Positions 28,002 through 35,831 of a stretch of DNA of 57,908 nucleotides are shown piece by piece. The stretch spans positions 1-57,908 of the forward strand of contig JACQXZ010000031.1 in NCBI GenBank assembly GCA_016208465.1. The letters run 5' to 3'. The stretch's first letter is position 1. Each line of letters opens with the position of its first letter. Source of the stretch: Actinomycetota bacterium (GTDB lineage: Bacteria > Actinomycetota > Aquicultoria > JACQXZ01). Below the pieces are notes generated by a model that ran no database searches, was not told the origin of the DNA, and saw only the letters and a program-made list of their open reading frames with translations. The position numbers and the translations under genes are program-made.

Positions 28002-28076
28002 CTAAATTCTCTGCGCCTTAAAAACACACCAGAACAACGCGCCAAAAATAAGAAAGTACATAACAATCATATTCAT
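28002..28076 (-). CDS. candidate 22-24-aa hydrophobic micro-protein
   Basis: This ORF is absent from the track because it is under 60 aa. The reverse strand reads GGAAGGAAGAGGGT ATG AAT ATG ATT GTT ATG TAC TTT CTT ATT TTT GGC GCG TTG TTC TGG TGT GTT TTT AAG GCG CAG AGA ATT TAG, giving MNMIVMYFLIFGALFWCVFKAQRI. It has a strong SD and a terminator hairpin 9 nt after the stop. Confidence 0.35.
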   Translation of the reverse strand: MNMIVMYFLIFGALFWCVFKAQRI

Positions 28077-28144
28077 ACCCTCTTCCTTCCGACTCAAAGT
28101 CAATACCTGACTTTCTTATCGGTCAAAAAGAGGATGGATTTTAA

Positions 28145-28654
28145 CTAAGAAGTAAAACTATCTTCTGCCAATCTTTTTCTTTGAATGTGCCTGTCAAACA
28201 AGAAGGCGGCTTCGCTTAAAACAGCCAGACCGATTGCCGTAAAAATTTTAAGAAAACTAACCGGGTGAGCCAACTGTCGTCCCCGTTTTTTGATAATTAA
28301 ACTTTCACCATGAATATCCGTGTCTCCACCATGCTCTTTGCAGGCACGATTAAAAATTCCTCTTGTTTCAACAATATCACCTTTGTTTTTATAATCTCCT
28401 GTTCTTTCTATTTTTCTGGCCTCACTTGTCTTTATCCAAATTCCCATCGCGTTTGCTCCATCAAAAACATTTATCCAGGCATAATCTCCCCGCACCATTA
28501 TATCGCCGACAACTTCGCCTTTAAAAACCACTTCTTTCCCATCGTAGAACTTAGATTTTTCCACTAATTGATTTACATCAACCGCCAACCCTTCTGCCGT
28601 AAAAGCAATAAACACTATAACCATCAACAAAAAAACAAAAACAATTTGTCTCAC
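28145..28654 (-). CDS. membrane protein with central OB-fold-like beta domain flanked by N- and C-terminal TM helices (hypothetical)
   Basis: The track ORF 28145..28726 overlaps trkH. I prefer the GTG at 28654-28652, which forms a GTGA start/stop overlap with the trkH TGA and has GGAG..GAGG upstream. The sequence runs ...VFVFLLMVIVFIAF...YDGKEVVFKGEVVGDIMVRGDYAWINV... with a C-terminal TM. Confidence 0.55.
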   Translation of the reverse strand: MRQIVFVFLLMVIVFIAFTAEGLAVDVNQLVEKSKFYDGKEVVFKGEVVGDIMVRGDYAWINVFDGANAMGIWIKTSEARKIERTGDYKNKGDIVETRGIFNRACKEHGGDTDIHGESLIIKKRGRQLAHPVSFLKIFTAIGLAVLSEAAFLFDRHIQRKRLAEDSFTS

Positions 28655-30162
28655 TTTCCTCTCACTCCCGCAACAATAAAACCGCCCAGCGCAAAAACAG
28701 ACATAAATTCTAATCGCCCAGCCCACATTTCAAAGATATAGACAATTTTTAAAAGCACAGGCATCGCGGCTGAAGTCACGCCTGCCGAAAGACCTGTATT
28801 GCTTCCCGCGGAAACAGAATCGAAAAGCGCGTCAGGGATCGGATATCCGTAAAAAACCCCAACCACTGCTCCCAGTCCGTAAATAAAAATATAACAAAGG
28901 ACTATAAAAAGAGCTCCTCTTACCAATTTGTCATCGAGAACAATATCTTTTATATGATGAATCTTCTGGACTACAACAGTTGATTCAGGCGATATAACTT
29001 TTTTCATTTCCTGAATAAAACCCTTAAATATAATTCCCATCCTTAATCCTTTAAAGCCGCCGCCAGTCGAACAGGCGCTGGCGCCAATCGCCATTGCAAC
29101 CGTTATGCCGACCATTGCAAATGGACCCCAGTCTTTTATAAACTGCCGCGCGTAAATTGTCTGGTTGCCGGTAGTTGTATGACCCGATACCAGATTATAA
29201 AATCCCTTCCTGAACATTATCAGCGCATCTGGATAAATCCCTGTTTTGATTAAGCCTAAGACAACAATTGTAAAAGTTAATATTACTGTTATAAAAAATG
29301 AAACCAACTCTATATTGCGATAAATCTCTTTTCTGTCGCCCATCCAAACCGCGTAGTGAACAGCGAAATTAAATGAACCTATGATGAAAATTATCATAGT
29401 TATAATTTCTATAAGCAAACTATGGTAATAAAGAAGGTTTTGCGACTGAGGAGCAAAACCGCCGGTGCTCCATGCTCCCATAAACAGCCAGATGCCATGA
29501 AGAAACGCTCTGTCAAAAGCCATTCCTTCATAAATGCCAGCAATCCAGATGGCAAATGATCCTACAAATAAATAAATCAGGCTAATTAACCAGATGGCGC
29601 GGGCGGTCTCAACAACATTGGGAAGCAGTTTCTCATCTTTACCCTCGCCAACATACATCTTTACAGCGCCTGCCGAAGCGGAAACTAAAAATGTAAGAGC
29701 CACCACTATCATCCCTTGCCCGCCAACATAAGTTGCCAGATGTCGCCACATATTCAAACCATTAGAAACATGATCCAGATCCTGTAAAAGAAAAAGACCG
29801 GTAGTTGTATAGCCGCTCATTAAATCAAAGCCCGCATCAAGATAGCTCAAGTAATGACCGCTCAAAAAAGAAGGAAGCGCGCCTACTACCATTGCTACCA
29901 GCCACGAAAAAGAGGCAACAACCATTCCGTGCATCCATGTTAAGTTTTTAAGAGGCTTGAAGAAGGATGTAAACAAAAATCCAACAATAAAACAAACACT
30001 GGAGCCAATCACAAAATCGAGAGCGGGATTCCATTCGCGATAAATAAGTGCGACAACCAAAGGAATCTGCATTAATAAACCGAGTCCAATAATAACCTTT
30101 CCTGTAAAATAAGCAATAGTTTCATAGTCAGCAACGCGTGGTCTTACAAGCACTAAAACCAC
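28651..30162 (-). CDS. trkH: Trk/Ktr-type K+ uptake permease (TrkH family)
   Basis: 503 aa and polytopic, with repeated pore-loop-like TTGL/STGG/TTGN/NTGL motifs (GYTTTGLF, WSTGGF, GHTTTGN, GSNTGLS) typical of TrkH/KtrB. Confidence 0.92.
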   Translation of the reverse strand: MVLVLVRPRVADYETIAYFTGKVIIGLGLLMQIPLVVALIYREWNPALDFVIGSSVCFIVGFLFTSFFKPLKNLTWMHGMVVASFSWLVAMVVGALPSFLSGHYLSYLDAGFDLMSGYTTTGLFLLQDLDHVSNGLNMWRHLATYVGGQGMIVVALTFLVSASAGAVKMYVGEGKDEKLLPNVVETARAIWLISLIYLFVGSFAIWIAGIYEGMAFDRAFLHGIWLFMGAWSTGGFAPQSQNLLYYHSLLIEIITMIIFIIGSFNFAVHYAVWMGDRKEIYRNIELVSFFITVILTFTIVVLGLIKTGIYPDALIMFRKGFYNLVSGHTTTGNQTIYARQFIKDWGPFAMVGITVAMAIGASACSTGGGFKGLRMGIIFKGFIQEMKKVISPESTVVVQKIHHIKDIVLDDKLVRGALFIVLCYIFIYGLGAVVGVFYGYPIPDALFDSVSAGSNTGLSAGVTSAAMPVLLKIVYIFEMWAGRLEFMSVFALGGFIVAGVRGK

Positions 30163-30341
30163 CTCAGCAAAAGCCAGCCAAGAAAAAAAGCAAAAATCAT
30201 CAGCGCAATTACATATAAACTTTCAACTATTATTCCCGGAATATAGCGGGAAAAAAGGCGGTTAGAAAAATATTTATCGTATTCCGACACAATATGTTCT
30301 TGTTTTTGAGCAAAAATATTCTTTATCTCTTTTTTTTCCAT
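30153..30341 (-). CDS. small single-TM protein (62 aa), hypothetical
   Basis: It starts 9 nt after the trkA stop and overlaps the trkH start by 10 nt, so packing is tight. The C-terminal TM is IIVESLYVIALMIFAFFLGWLLL. I recognise no family. Confidence 0.5.
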   Translation of the reverse strand: MEKKEIKNIFAQKQEHIVSEYDKYFSNRLFSRYIPGIIVESLYVIALMIFAFFLGWLLLRWF

Positions 30342-30349
30342 AGCAATTT

Positions 30350-31018
30350 CTAGCTTCTTCCAAGCATAATATCTCTGAGTAAATTCTCTTTTTCTATGCT
30401 GGTTAAAGCAATCACACCGTCACCCGCCTCAAGCATTGTGCTGCCACGAGGTATAATTACTTCATCACCACGAATTATCGAAACCAAAACACAATCCGAC
30501 GGCAATCCTAAATCTTTTACTTTTTTATTACAAACAACACATCTGTCAGTTGGAAGCTCGACTTCAACCAAAGCAAGTTTTCCTTTTCTTAAAGCCTGAA
30601 GGGTTATTATGTCTCCAATACTTGACTCTTCTTCGATTAATTTTGAGATTATAGTGGTACTGCTGATTGCTCCATTAACACCGAGCTCTTTAAAAATATG
30701 CTCGTTCTTTGGGTTATTAACCCTTGCAACCGTGCGTGGAACATGAAAACTTTCCTTGGCAAGCTGACAGACTACAAGATTGTCATCATCGTCTCCTGTC
30801 ACTGCCGCGACAACATCCGCTCTTTCGATTCCCGCGTCTTCCAGATAACGGACGTCGCAAGCATCGCCGTTTATAACAAGAACATCGCTATGTTTTTCAG
30901 CAATTTTTTCGCACTTTTCACGATTGCGCTCAATTATAACCACATTGTGACCGCTCGCCTTGAGTGTGCCAACCAAATAAGCGCCAACTTTTCCTCCGCC
31001 GCAAATTACAATATACAT
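30350..31018 (-). CDS. trkA: Trk/Ktr K+ uptake regulatory subunit (TrkA-N/TrkA-C, RCK)
   Basis: MYIVICGGGKVGAYL is the Rossmann motif GxGxxG, and a C-terminal RCK_C is present. The track start at 31078 adds MEDRRDACPTGREAKKEEKD, which is translated from a repeat hairpin, so I use the ATG at 31018. Confidence 0.9.
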   Translation of the reverse strand: MYIVICGGGKVGAYLVGTLKASGHNVVIIERNREKCEKIAEKHSDVLVINGDACDVRYLEDAGIERADVVAAVTGDDDDNLVVCQLAKESFHVPRTVARVNNPKNEHIFKELGVNGAISSTTIISKLIEEESSIGDIITLQALRKGKLALVEVELPTDRCVVCNKKVKDLGLPSDCVLVSIIRGDEVIIPRGSTMLEAGDGVIALTSIEKENLLRDIMLGRS

Positions 31019-31050
31019 ATCTTTTTCTTCCTTTTTCGCTTCCCTTCCAG

Positions 31051-31106
31051 TAGGACAGGCGTCCCGCCTGTCTTCCATTCATCGACAGCGGTCTCGGCTG
31101 TCCTAC
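31051..31106. repeat. paired GC hairpins (family R5) between the two trkA genes
   Basis: TAGGACAGGCG-TCC-CGCCTGTC (31051-72) and GACAGCGGTCTCGGCTGTCCTAC (31084-106) are both present. The outer GTAGGACAG/CTGTCCTAC can also pair. The same word recurs at 37707-37728. Confidence 0.6.
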
Positions 31107-31116
31107 TAAATATTGC

Positions 31117-31785
31117 TCAATCTGATTGATTGTTCTTTAAACCAAACTTATCAAAAAACTTCTTCATGCTTGCTGTTTTAACAGATGCCACTAACATATT
31201 ATCCTTTTCTAAAATTGTATCTTTTTGGGGAACCACAGCATTTTCCTTGCCCGCAACAGACACAATCCTTAATTCTCCCGGAACCTCAACTTCATCAATT
31301 CTTTTGCCGTCCATAAATTCACCTGCTTTAAACTCTATAATTTCAATCTCACCGTTACTGCCAAGCGACAGGTGACTCATAAAATGTTCCTGAAGAATTT
31401 TATTCTTTATCCTGTTTGCAACAAGAGTAGTGCCGCAGATTACATCAAGGCCGAGGCGTTTGTAGGTTAGTTCACGTTCGGGATTATAAAGTCTGGCGAC
31501 TACGCGGGGAATTTTAAATATTCTTTTGGCAATTTGAGCGGACATAATATTGGTGTTGTCTAAATTTGTAACCGCAGTAAAAGCATCTGCTCTTTCCGCT
31601 CCTGCCTCTCTTAAAACTTCTTCATCAAACCCGTTCCCAACCATCGCCACACCATTAAAGACAGACCCTAATCGTCTGAAAGAACTTTCCAGAATATCTA
31701 CCACTACCACATCGTGTCCCTCGGTGGAAAGAATTGTTCCTACCTGAGAACCAACACGACCACAACCTACTACTATGACATACAC
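31117..31785 (-). CDS. trkA: Trk/Ktr K+ uptake regulatory subunit (second RCK paralogue)
   Basis: It has MYVIVVGCGRVGSQV plus RCK_C. The start is GTG with AGGAGG upstream. Confidence 0.9.
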   Translation of the reverse strand: MYVIVVGCGRVGSQVGTILSTEGHDVVVVDILESSFRRLGSVFNGVAMVGNGFDEEVLREAGAERADAFTAVTNLDNTNIMSAQIAKRIFKIPRVVARLYNPERELTYKRLGLDVICGTTLVANRIKNKILQEHFMSHLSLGSNGEIEIIEFKAGEFMDGKRIDEVEVPGELRIVSVAGKENAVVPQKDTILEKDNMLVASVKTASMKKFFDKFGLKNNQSD

Positions 31786-31908
31786 CGAACAAACGCCTCC
31801 TGTTTAAAAGAAAGAATACAGAATACAGAAGAAATACGGTTTCGGGTCTCCTCTGTAGCTTATAATTAACAAACTCTACTCTTGTTCAAAAATGATGTCA
31901 ATAAGAAA

Positions 31909-31977
31909 GAATTCAGAATACAGAAGAAATACAAATAAAAAATATAGCGGTTGGTGTCTACTGACTACTGACTACTG
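31909..31977 (+). repeat. CAGAATACAGAAGAAATAC...CTGACTACTGACTACTG element (family R4), copy 1
   Basis: It aligns by eye with 37778-37858. An extra partial word is at 31813-31837. Confidence 0.65.
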
Positions 31978-31981
31978 TTTT

Positions 31982-32725
31982 TCAATTCTGCCTATTAAAA
32001 GCATAAATTGCAAAAGAAATCATTACAGCGCCAAAACTTAATACCATAACCAAACTGTAGGGCAAAGAATAAGAGTGGATGCCGATAACTATATACCTTA
32101 AAGCATCAATGCCGTAAGTTAATGGATCCATTTTTACTAAAAAATTCATCCACTCAGGCAAGCCCTTCAAGGGAAACATCGCTCCGCTTAACAAAAAAAG
32201 CGGCATCATAAGAAAATTCATAATCATCTGGAATCCTTCCATCGTTTTTAAGCGGGCAGCCACAACTATTCCCATTGAGGTAAGCGAAAACGCGATTAAA
32301 AACATTACGGCGAAAAGTTTTAACACCATCAAAAAACTTAAACTAACTCCAACAAATGGAGCAAAAATTAAAAGCATCGTCCCCTGAATCATCGCAATCG
32401 TACTTCCGCCAAACGCCTTGCCAAGCGCCACTGTTGAGCGGGAAATCGGGGCTACAAGGATTTCTTTTAAGAAACCAAACTCCCGATCCCAGACTATCGA
32501 GATAGCAGAAAAAATCGAGGTAAAAAGAAGTGTCATTCCAATTATTCCCGGATAAATAAATTTTATATAATCGCCGCTACGGCCAATTGCCGCGCCCAAA
32601 CCGGTGCCTAAAACAAAAAGATATAATGCCGGCTGAGCCATTGCCGCTATGATTCTTGCCCTGTCTCTTAAGAATCTTTTTATATCCCTAAGCCAGATAA
32701 TATAAACACCGCGCAGACTAATCAC
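31982..32725 (-). CDS. ABC-2 type exporter permease
   Basis: 247 aa with 6 TM segments and ABC-2 membrane-protein-like layout. It lies 2 nt downstream of the ATPase gene. Confidence 0.82.
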   Translation of the reverse strand: MISLRGVYIIWLRDIKRFLRDRARIIAAMAQPALYLFVLGTGLGAAIGRSGDYIKFIYPGIIGMTLLFTSIFSAISIVWDREFGFLKEILVAPISRSTVALGKAFGGSTIAMIQGTMLLIFAPFVGVSLSFLMVLKLFAVMFLIAFSLTSMGIVVAARLKTMEGFQMIMNFLMMPLFLLSGAMFPLKGLPEWMNFLVKMDPLTYGIDALRYIVIGIHSYSLPYSLVMVLSFGAVMISFAIYAFNRQN

Positions 32726-32727
32726 TT

Positions 32728-33723
32728 TTATCTCCTCCCCATTCGCATATGCGCTCGATGAAAGGTCGAAACATCTGCTTTCTCTTCCCTGATTGCATGG
32801 CCGGTCAATTTCAAGAAAACATCATCAAGGGTTGGTTTCCTTAAATTTATAGACAAGATATTCAAATCAGCTTCCTTGATTAGTTTTGGAATAAACTTGT
32901 CGCCATTTTCAATTTCAAAATAAATTCCGGATGAATTAGTTCCTTCGCTTTCGCTCGGGACAAGTTTTACATCAAGTCCAAAATCTTCTTTGAGTCTTAA
33001 CGCCGCAATTTCATCATTACCTGTCTTAAGCGTCAACACGTCTCCTCCAACCTGAGCTTTAAGATTTGAAGGTGTATCCAAAGCAACAATCTCACCATAA
33101 TCAATGACTGCAATTCTGCTGCAATTTTCTGCTTCATCCATATAGTGGGTAGTAAGAAAAACTGTAACGTTTTCTTTTTTCTTAAGCTCTCTTATATGTG
33201 TCCAGATATGATTTCTGGTTTGCGGATCGAGACCAATTGTTGGTTCGTCCAAAAAAAGCACTTTGGGATAATGAAGCAAACCGCGCGCGATTTCCAGCCG
33301 TCTTTTCATCCCTCCGGAATAATTTCTGACAAGATCGTTTTGTCTTTCTGAGAGTTCCACCATCTCTAAAACATTCTTGATTCTTTCATTTCGCTCAGAT
33401 CTCGGAACATTATAAATCATTGCGTGAAATTCCAGATTTTCCCTTGCCGTTAATCTTTCATCAAGGCTTGGGTCCTGAAAAACCAGCCCGATAGACCGAC
33501 GCACCTCGTTGGGATTGTTTACAACATTAAAATTATTTAAAACTGCTTCTCCTGAAGTAGGATTAAGCAATGTGCAAAGAATATTTATCGTAGTGGTTTT
33601 CCCTGCCCCGTTGGGGCCTAAAAAACCAAACACTTCGCCTTCTTCCACTTTAAACGAAATTCCTTTAACCGCTTCTATGTCGCCAAACTTTTTGGTTAAA
33701 TTGTTAACCTCTATGATACTCAT
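32728..33723 (-). CDS. ABC transporter ATP-binding protein (DrrA/CcmA-like, with C-terminal extension)
   Basis: It has Walker A GPNGAGKTT, signature YSGGMKRRL and Walker B LFLDEPT. I prefer the ATG at 33723 (GAGGGGG 10 nt upstream) over the TTG at 33732. Confidence 0.9.
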   Translation of the reverse strand: MSIIEVNNLTKKFGDIEAVKGISFKVEEGEVFGFLGPNGAGKTTTINILCTLLNPTSGEAVLNNFNVVNNPNEVRRSIGLVFQDPSLDERLTARENLEFHAMIYNVPRSERNERIKNVLEMVELSERQNDLVRNYSGGMKRRLEIARGLLHYPKVLFLDEPTIGLDPQTRNHIWTHIRELKKKENVTVFLTTHYMDEAENCSRIAVIDYGEIVALDTPSNLKAQVGGDVLTLKTGNDEIAALRLKEDFGLDVKLVPSESEGTNSSGIYFEIENGDKFIPKLIKEADLNILSINLRKPTLDDVFLKLTGHAIREEKADVSTFHRAHMRMGRR

Positions 33724-33919
33724 AAAAAGCAATCCCCCTCTTTTTCTGTCTTCGTGCTTCTGTCTTCTCGTTTCATTGTTTCTATTTTAACACTGCAATC
33801 TAATAATTGTTCTGAAATTTGTCTTAAAATTAAAATAATTTGTCATATCCTTCCTGCTGACTTAAAATACCATTATTGAAACTTACCCAAACAGGCATTT
33901 TAAAAGAACAAAGGAATCC

Positions 33920-33967
33920 GGTCAGGAGACCCGATTCTACTCTCGGATAGAGGCAGGTCTCCTGACC
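33920..33967. promoter_or_regulatory. perfect 12-bp inverted repeat GGTCAGGAGACC-N24-GGTCTCCTGACC upstream of the MFS gene
   Basis: Read directly from the sequence (33920-31 and 33956-67). It lies ~60 nt upstream of the MFS start codon. Its function (operator, RNA hairpin or repeat word) is unknown. Confidence 0.4.
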
Positions 33968-34029
33968 TGCCCAGAATTTTATAATTTCCTATTTTCCTAT
34001 ACATGAACCAAGCTTGTTAAGGAGGCTTT

Positions 34030-35229
34030 GTGAAACCGGAAACTGTTAAAAATAAAGGGATTTTTGATGGTCTCTCTAAAAATGTTTTTATTTTAGGACT
34101 TGGCAGTCTTTTAACTGATATCTCCAGTGAAATGATTTATCCCATTATTCCGCTGTTTTTAGTCAGCGTCTTGCACGCGCCAATGTCGGTAATTGGTTTG
34201 ATTGAAAGCATTGCTGAAAGCACAGCCAGTATTTTAAAAGTATTTTCCGGCTGGATTTCTGATAAATTAGGAAAAAGAAAACCGCTGATTGTTTTAGGTT
34301 ATGGATTATCTGCCTTATCTAAACCGTGGCTTGCTCTTTCCGGTTCATGGATACATGTTCTGCTAATCAGGTTCGCGGATCGATTTGGAAAAGGAATAAG
34401 AACTTCTCCCCGCGATGCCTTAATTGCCGATTCTTCTTCCTGCGAGGCAAGAGGAAAAGCTTTCGGACTGCATCGGGCGATGGATACAGTTGGCGCGGCA
34501 ATCGGACCATTAATCGCCTTTTTTGTCTTGCTAAAACTTAAAAACGCTTTTCGCTTAATCTTTATTTTAGCCGCCGTTCCGGGTCTTTTGGGCTTTTTGG
34601 TATTACTGCTCTTTGTTAACGAAAAGAAAAAAATCAAACAGACTGATTCTCCTAAAATTACTTTTAGGTCTTTTGATAAAAACCTTATTCATTTTACTCT
34701 GATATGCGCTGTTTTTTCTGCCGGCAACTTTAGCGATGCTTTTTTAATTCTTAGAGCAAAGGAGTTAGGAATAAGCACAGTTTTTATTCCTCTGCTTTAT
34801 TTTTGTTTCAACCTGACATATTCTTTAGCGGCTCTGCCAGCAGGAATTCTCTCAGACAAAATTGGCCGCGATCGCGTGATTAAAGGAGGATTCTTTTTGT
34901 TCGCTCTTTTATATTCAGGTTTTGCCTTGGCTAAAAATATAGAAACAATCTGGCTTCTTTTTATCGCTTATGGTTTTTATTACGCTCTAACTGAAGGAAT
35001 ACAAAAAGCAATGGTTGCCGACCTCGCTCCTCCCTCTTTAAGGGGAACCGCAATGGGAACATTTAATTTCACAATAGGACTTGCTGGTCTGCCAGCAAGT
35101 TTAACAGCTGGACTGCTTTGGCAATATTTCGGCGCTCCAGTTGCATTTTTCTACGGAGCAAGCCTTGCTGTTGTTTCAGGGTTGATGTTGTCTTTCTGGG
35201 GCAGAAAGAATGCAACGCCTGTTTATTAA
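34030..35229 (+). CDS. MFS transporter
   Basis: 399 aa with ~12 TM segments and MFS loop motifs (DKLGKRKP, DKIGRDR). The start is GTG with AAGGAGG 5 nt upstream. Confidence 0.87.
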   Translation: MKPETVKNKGIFDGLSKNVFILGLGSLLTDISSEMIYPIIPLFLVSVLHAPMSVIGLIESIAESTASILKVFSGWISDKLGKRKPLIVLGYGLSALSKPWLALSGSWIHVLLIRFADRFGKGIRTSPRDALIADSSSCEARGKAFGLHRAMDTVGAAIGPLIAFFVLLKLKNAFRLIFILAAVPGLLGFLVLLLFVNEKKKIKQTDSPKITFRSFDKNLIHFTLICAVFSAGNFSDAFLILRAKELGISTVFIPLLYFCFNLTYSLAALPAGILSDKIGRDRVIKGGFFLFALLYSGFALAKNIETIWLLFIAYGFYYALTEGIQKAMVADLAPPSLRGTAMGTFNFTIGLAGLPASLTAGLLWQYFGAPVAFFYGASLAVVSGLMLSFWGRKNATPVY

Positions 35230-35273
35230 GAAAAACAACAGAGAGCCAATTTTAACATTGTTGACTAATCTTA

Positions 35274-35302
35274 TTGACTCAGATACCTAAAAAACTTAAA
35301 AT
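35274..35302 (+). promoter_or_regulatory. candidate promoter of the M-box leader
   Basis: TTGACT (35274-79), a 17-nt spacer, then TAAAAT (35297-302), about 25 nt upstream of the riboswitch. Confidence 0.45.
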
Positions 35303-35326
35303 AATATTAAAAATATACATATAACA

Positions 35327-35487
35327 CCTATCCGTTAGGTGAGGCTTCTGGATGAACATAGGCTACTGCCCGGAAATGTCGAAAGACGCCAATGGGTAAA
35401 CCAGATATTACCGGCTTAAGGTTTTATCTAACGTGGCTGACTTGAAGGTCTACGTCATACAGTGCCAAAGCTAAACGAGGGAGAAGG
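35327..35487 (+). promoter_or_regulatory. M-box (ykoK leader) Mg2+ riboswitch
   Basis: CCGTTAGGTGAGGCT...CTACTGCCCGGAAATGTCGAAAGACGCCAATGGGTAAAC...TTAAGGT...CATACAGTGCCAAAGCTAAACGAGG matches block for block the B. subtilis mgtE leader as I remember it (GUUAGGUGAGGCU, CUGCCC..AAAUGUC.AAAGACGC.AAUGGGU, UAAGGU, AUACAGUGCUAAAGCU). mgtE lies downstream. Confidence 0.88.
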
Positions 35488-35510
35488 TAATTTAATATTG
35501 CTTTTCTATT

Positions 35511-35545
35511 TAAGCCCTTACCCTTGTTTGGGCTTTTTGTTTTGT
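35511..35545 (+). terminator. putative riboswitch expression-platform terminator
   Basis: AAGCCC-N12-GGGCTT is followed by TTTGTTTTGTTT. The stem is short, so this is tentative. Confidence 0.45.
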
Positions 35546-35566
35546 TTAACTTTTTAAATATAAAGG

Positions 35567-35831
35567 CAATTTTTATTTTTCAATTTACATTTTTCAATTT
35601 ACATTCAAGTTAGCGAACAAAGTGAGCCTAACTTGATATAATAGGAATTTCCTTTTTGATGAAATTCCTATAATTGCAAAATGAAAATTGCAAATTTTAA
35701 AATGCAAAATATAAAATGGGTAATCCTTATTTTTCAATTTGCATTTTTCAATTTAAAATTTACAATTCAAGTTAGCATTTTTCAATTTAAAATTTACAAT
35801 TCAAGTTAGCGAACAAAGTGAGCTTAACTTG
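35567..35831 (-). repeat. 163-bp element (family R3): one full inverted copy with an internal perfect 34-bp tandem duplication, plus a ~0.4 head-to-tail partial copy
   Basis: 35633-35831 is the reverse complement of 14245-14408 (~97% identity). The unit GCATTTTTCAATTTAAAATTTACAATTCAAGTTA occurs twice in tandem (35741-74, 35775-808). 35567-35636 repeats the terminal part of the element. Confidence 0.8.

Noticed and set aside
30350-31078. Longer N-termini given in the ORF track for trkA (to 31078), nrdR (from 41135), GNAT (to 42382), galT (to 46863), the OB-fold membrane protein (to 28726), mgtE (from 35829) and the aminotransferase (from 42563).
   Set aside because: The extensions run through repeat elements or the upstream gene and lack an SD. 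They precede an internal ATG/GTG that has a good SD and matches the family's usual N-terminus (for example MYIVICGGG, MKCPFCQ, MSEFRKDLLNQKW).
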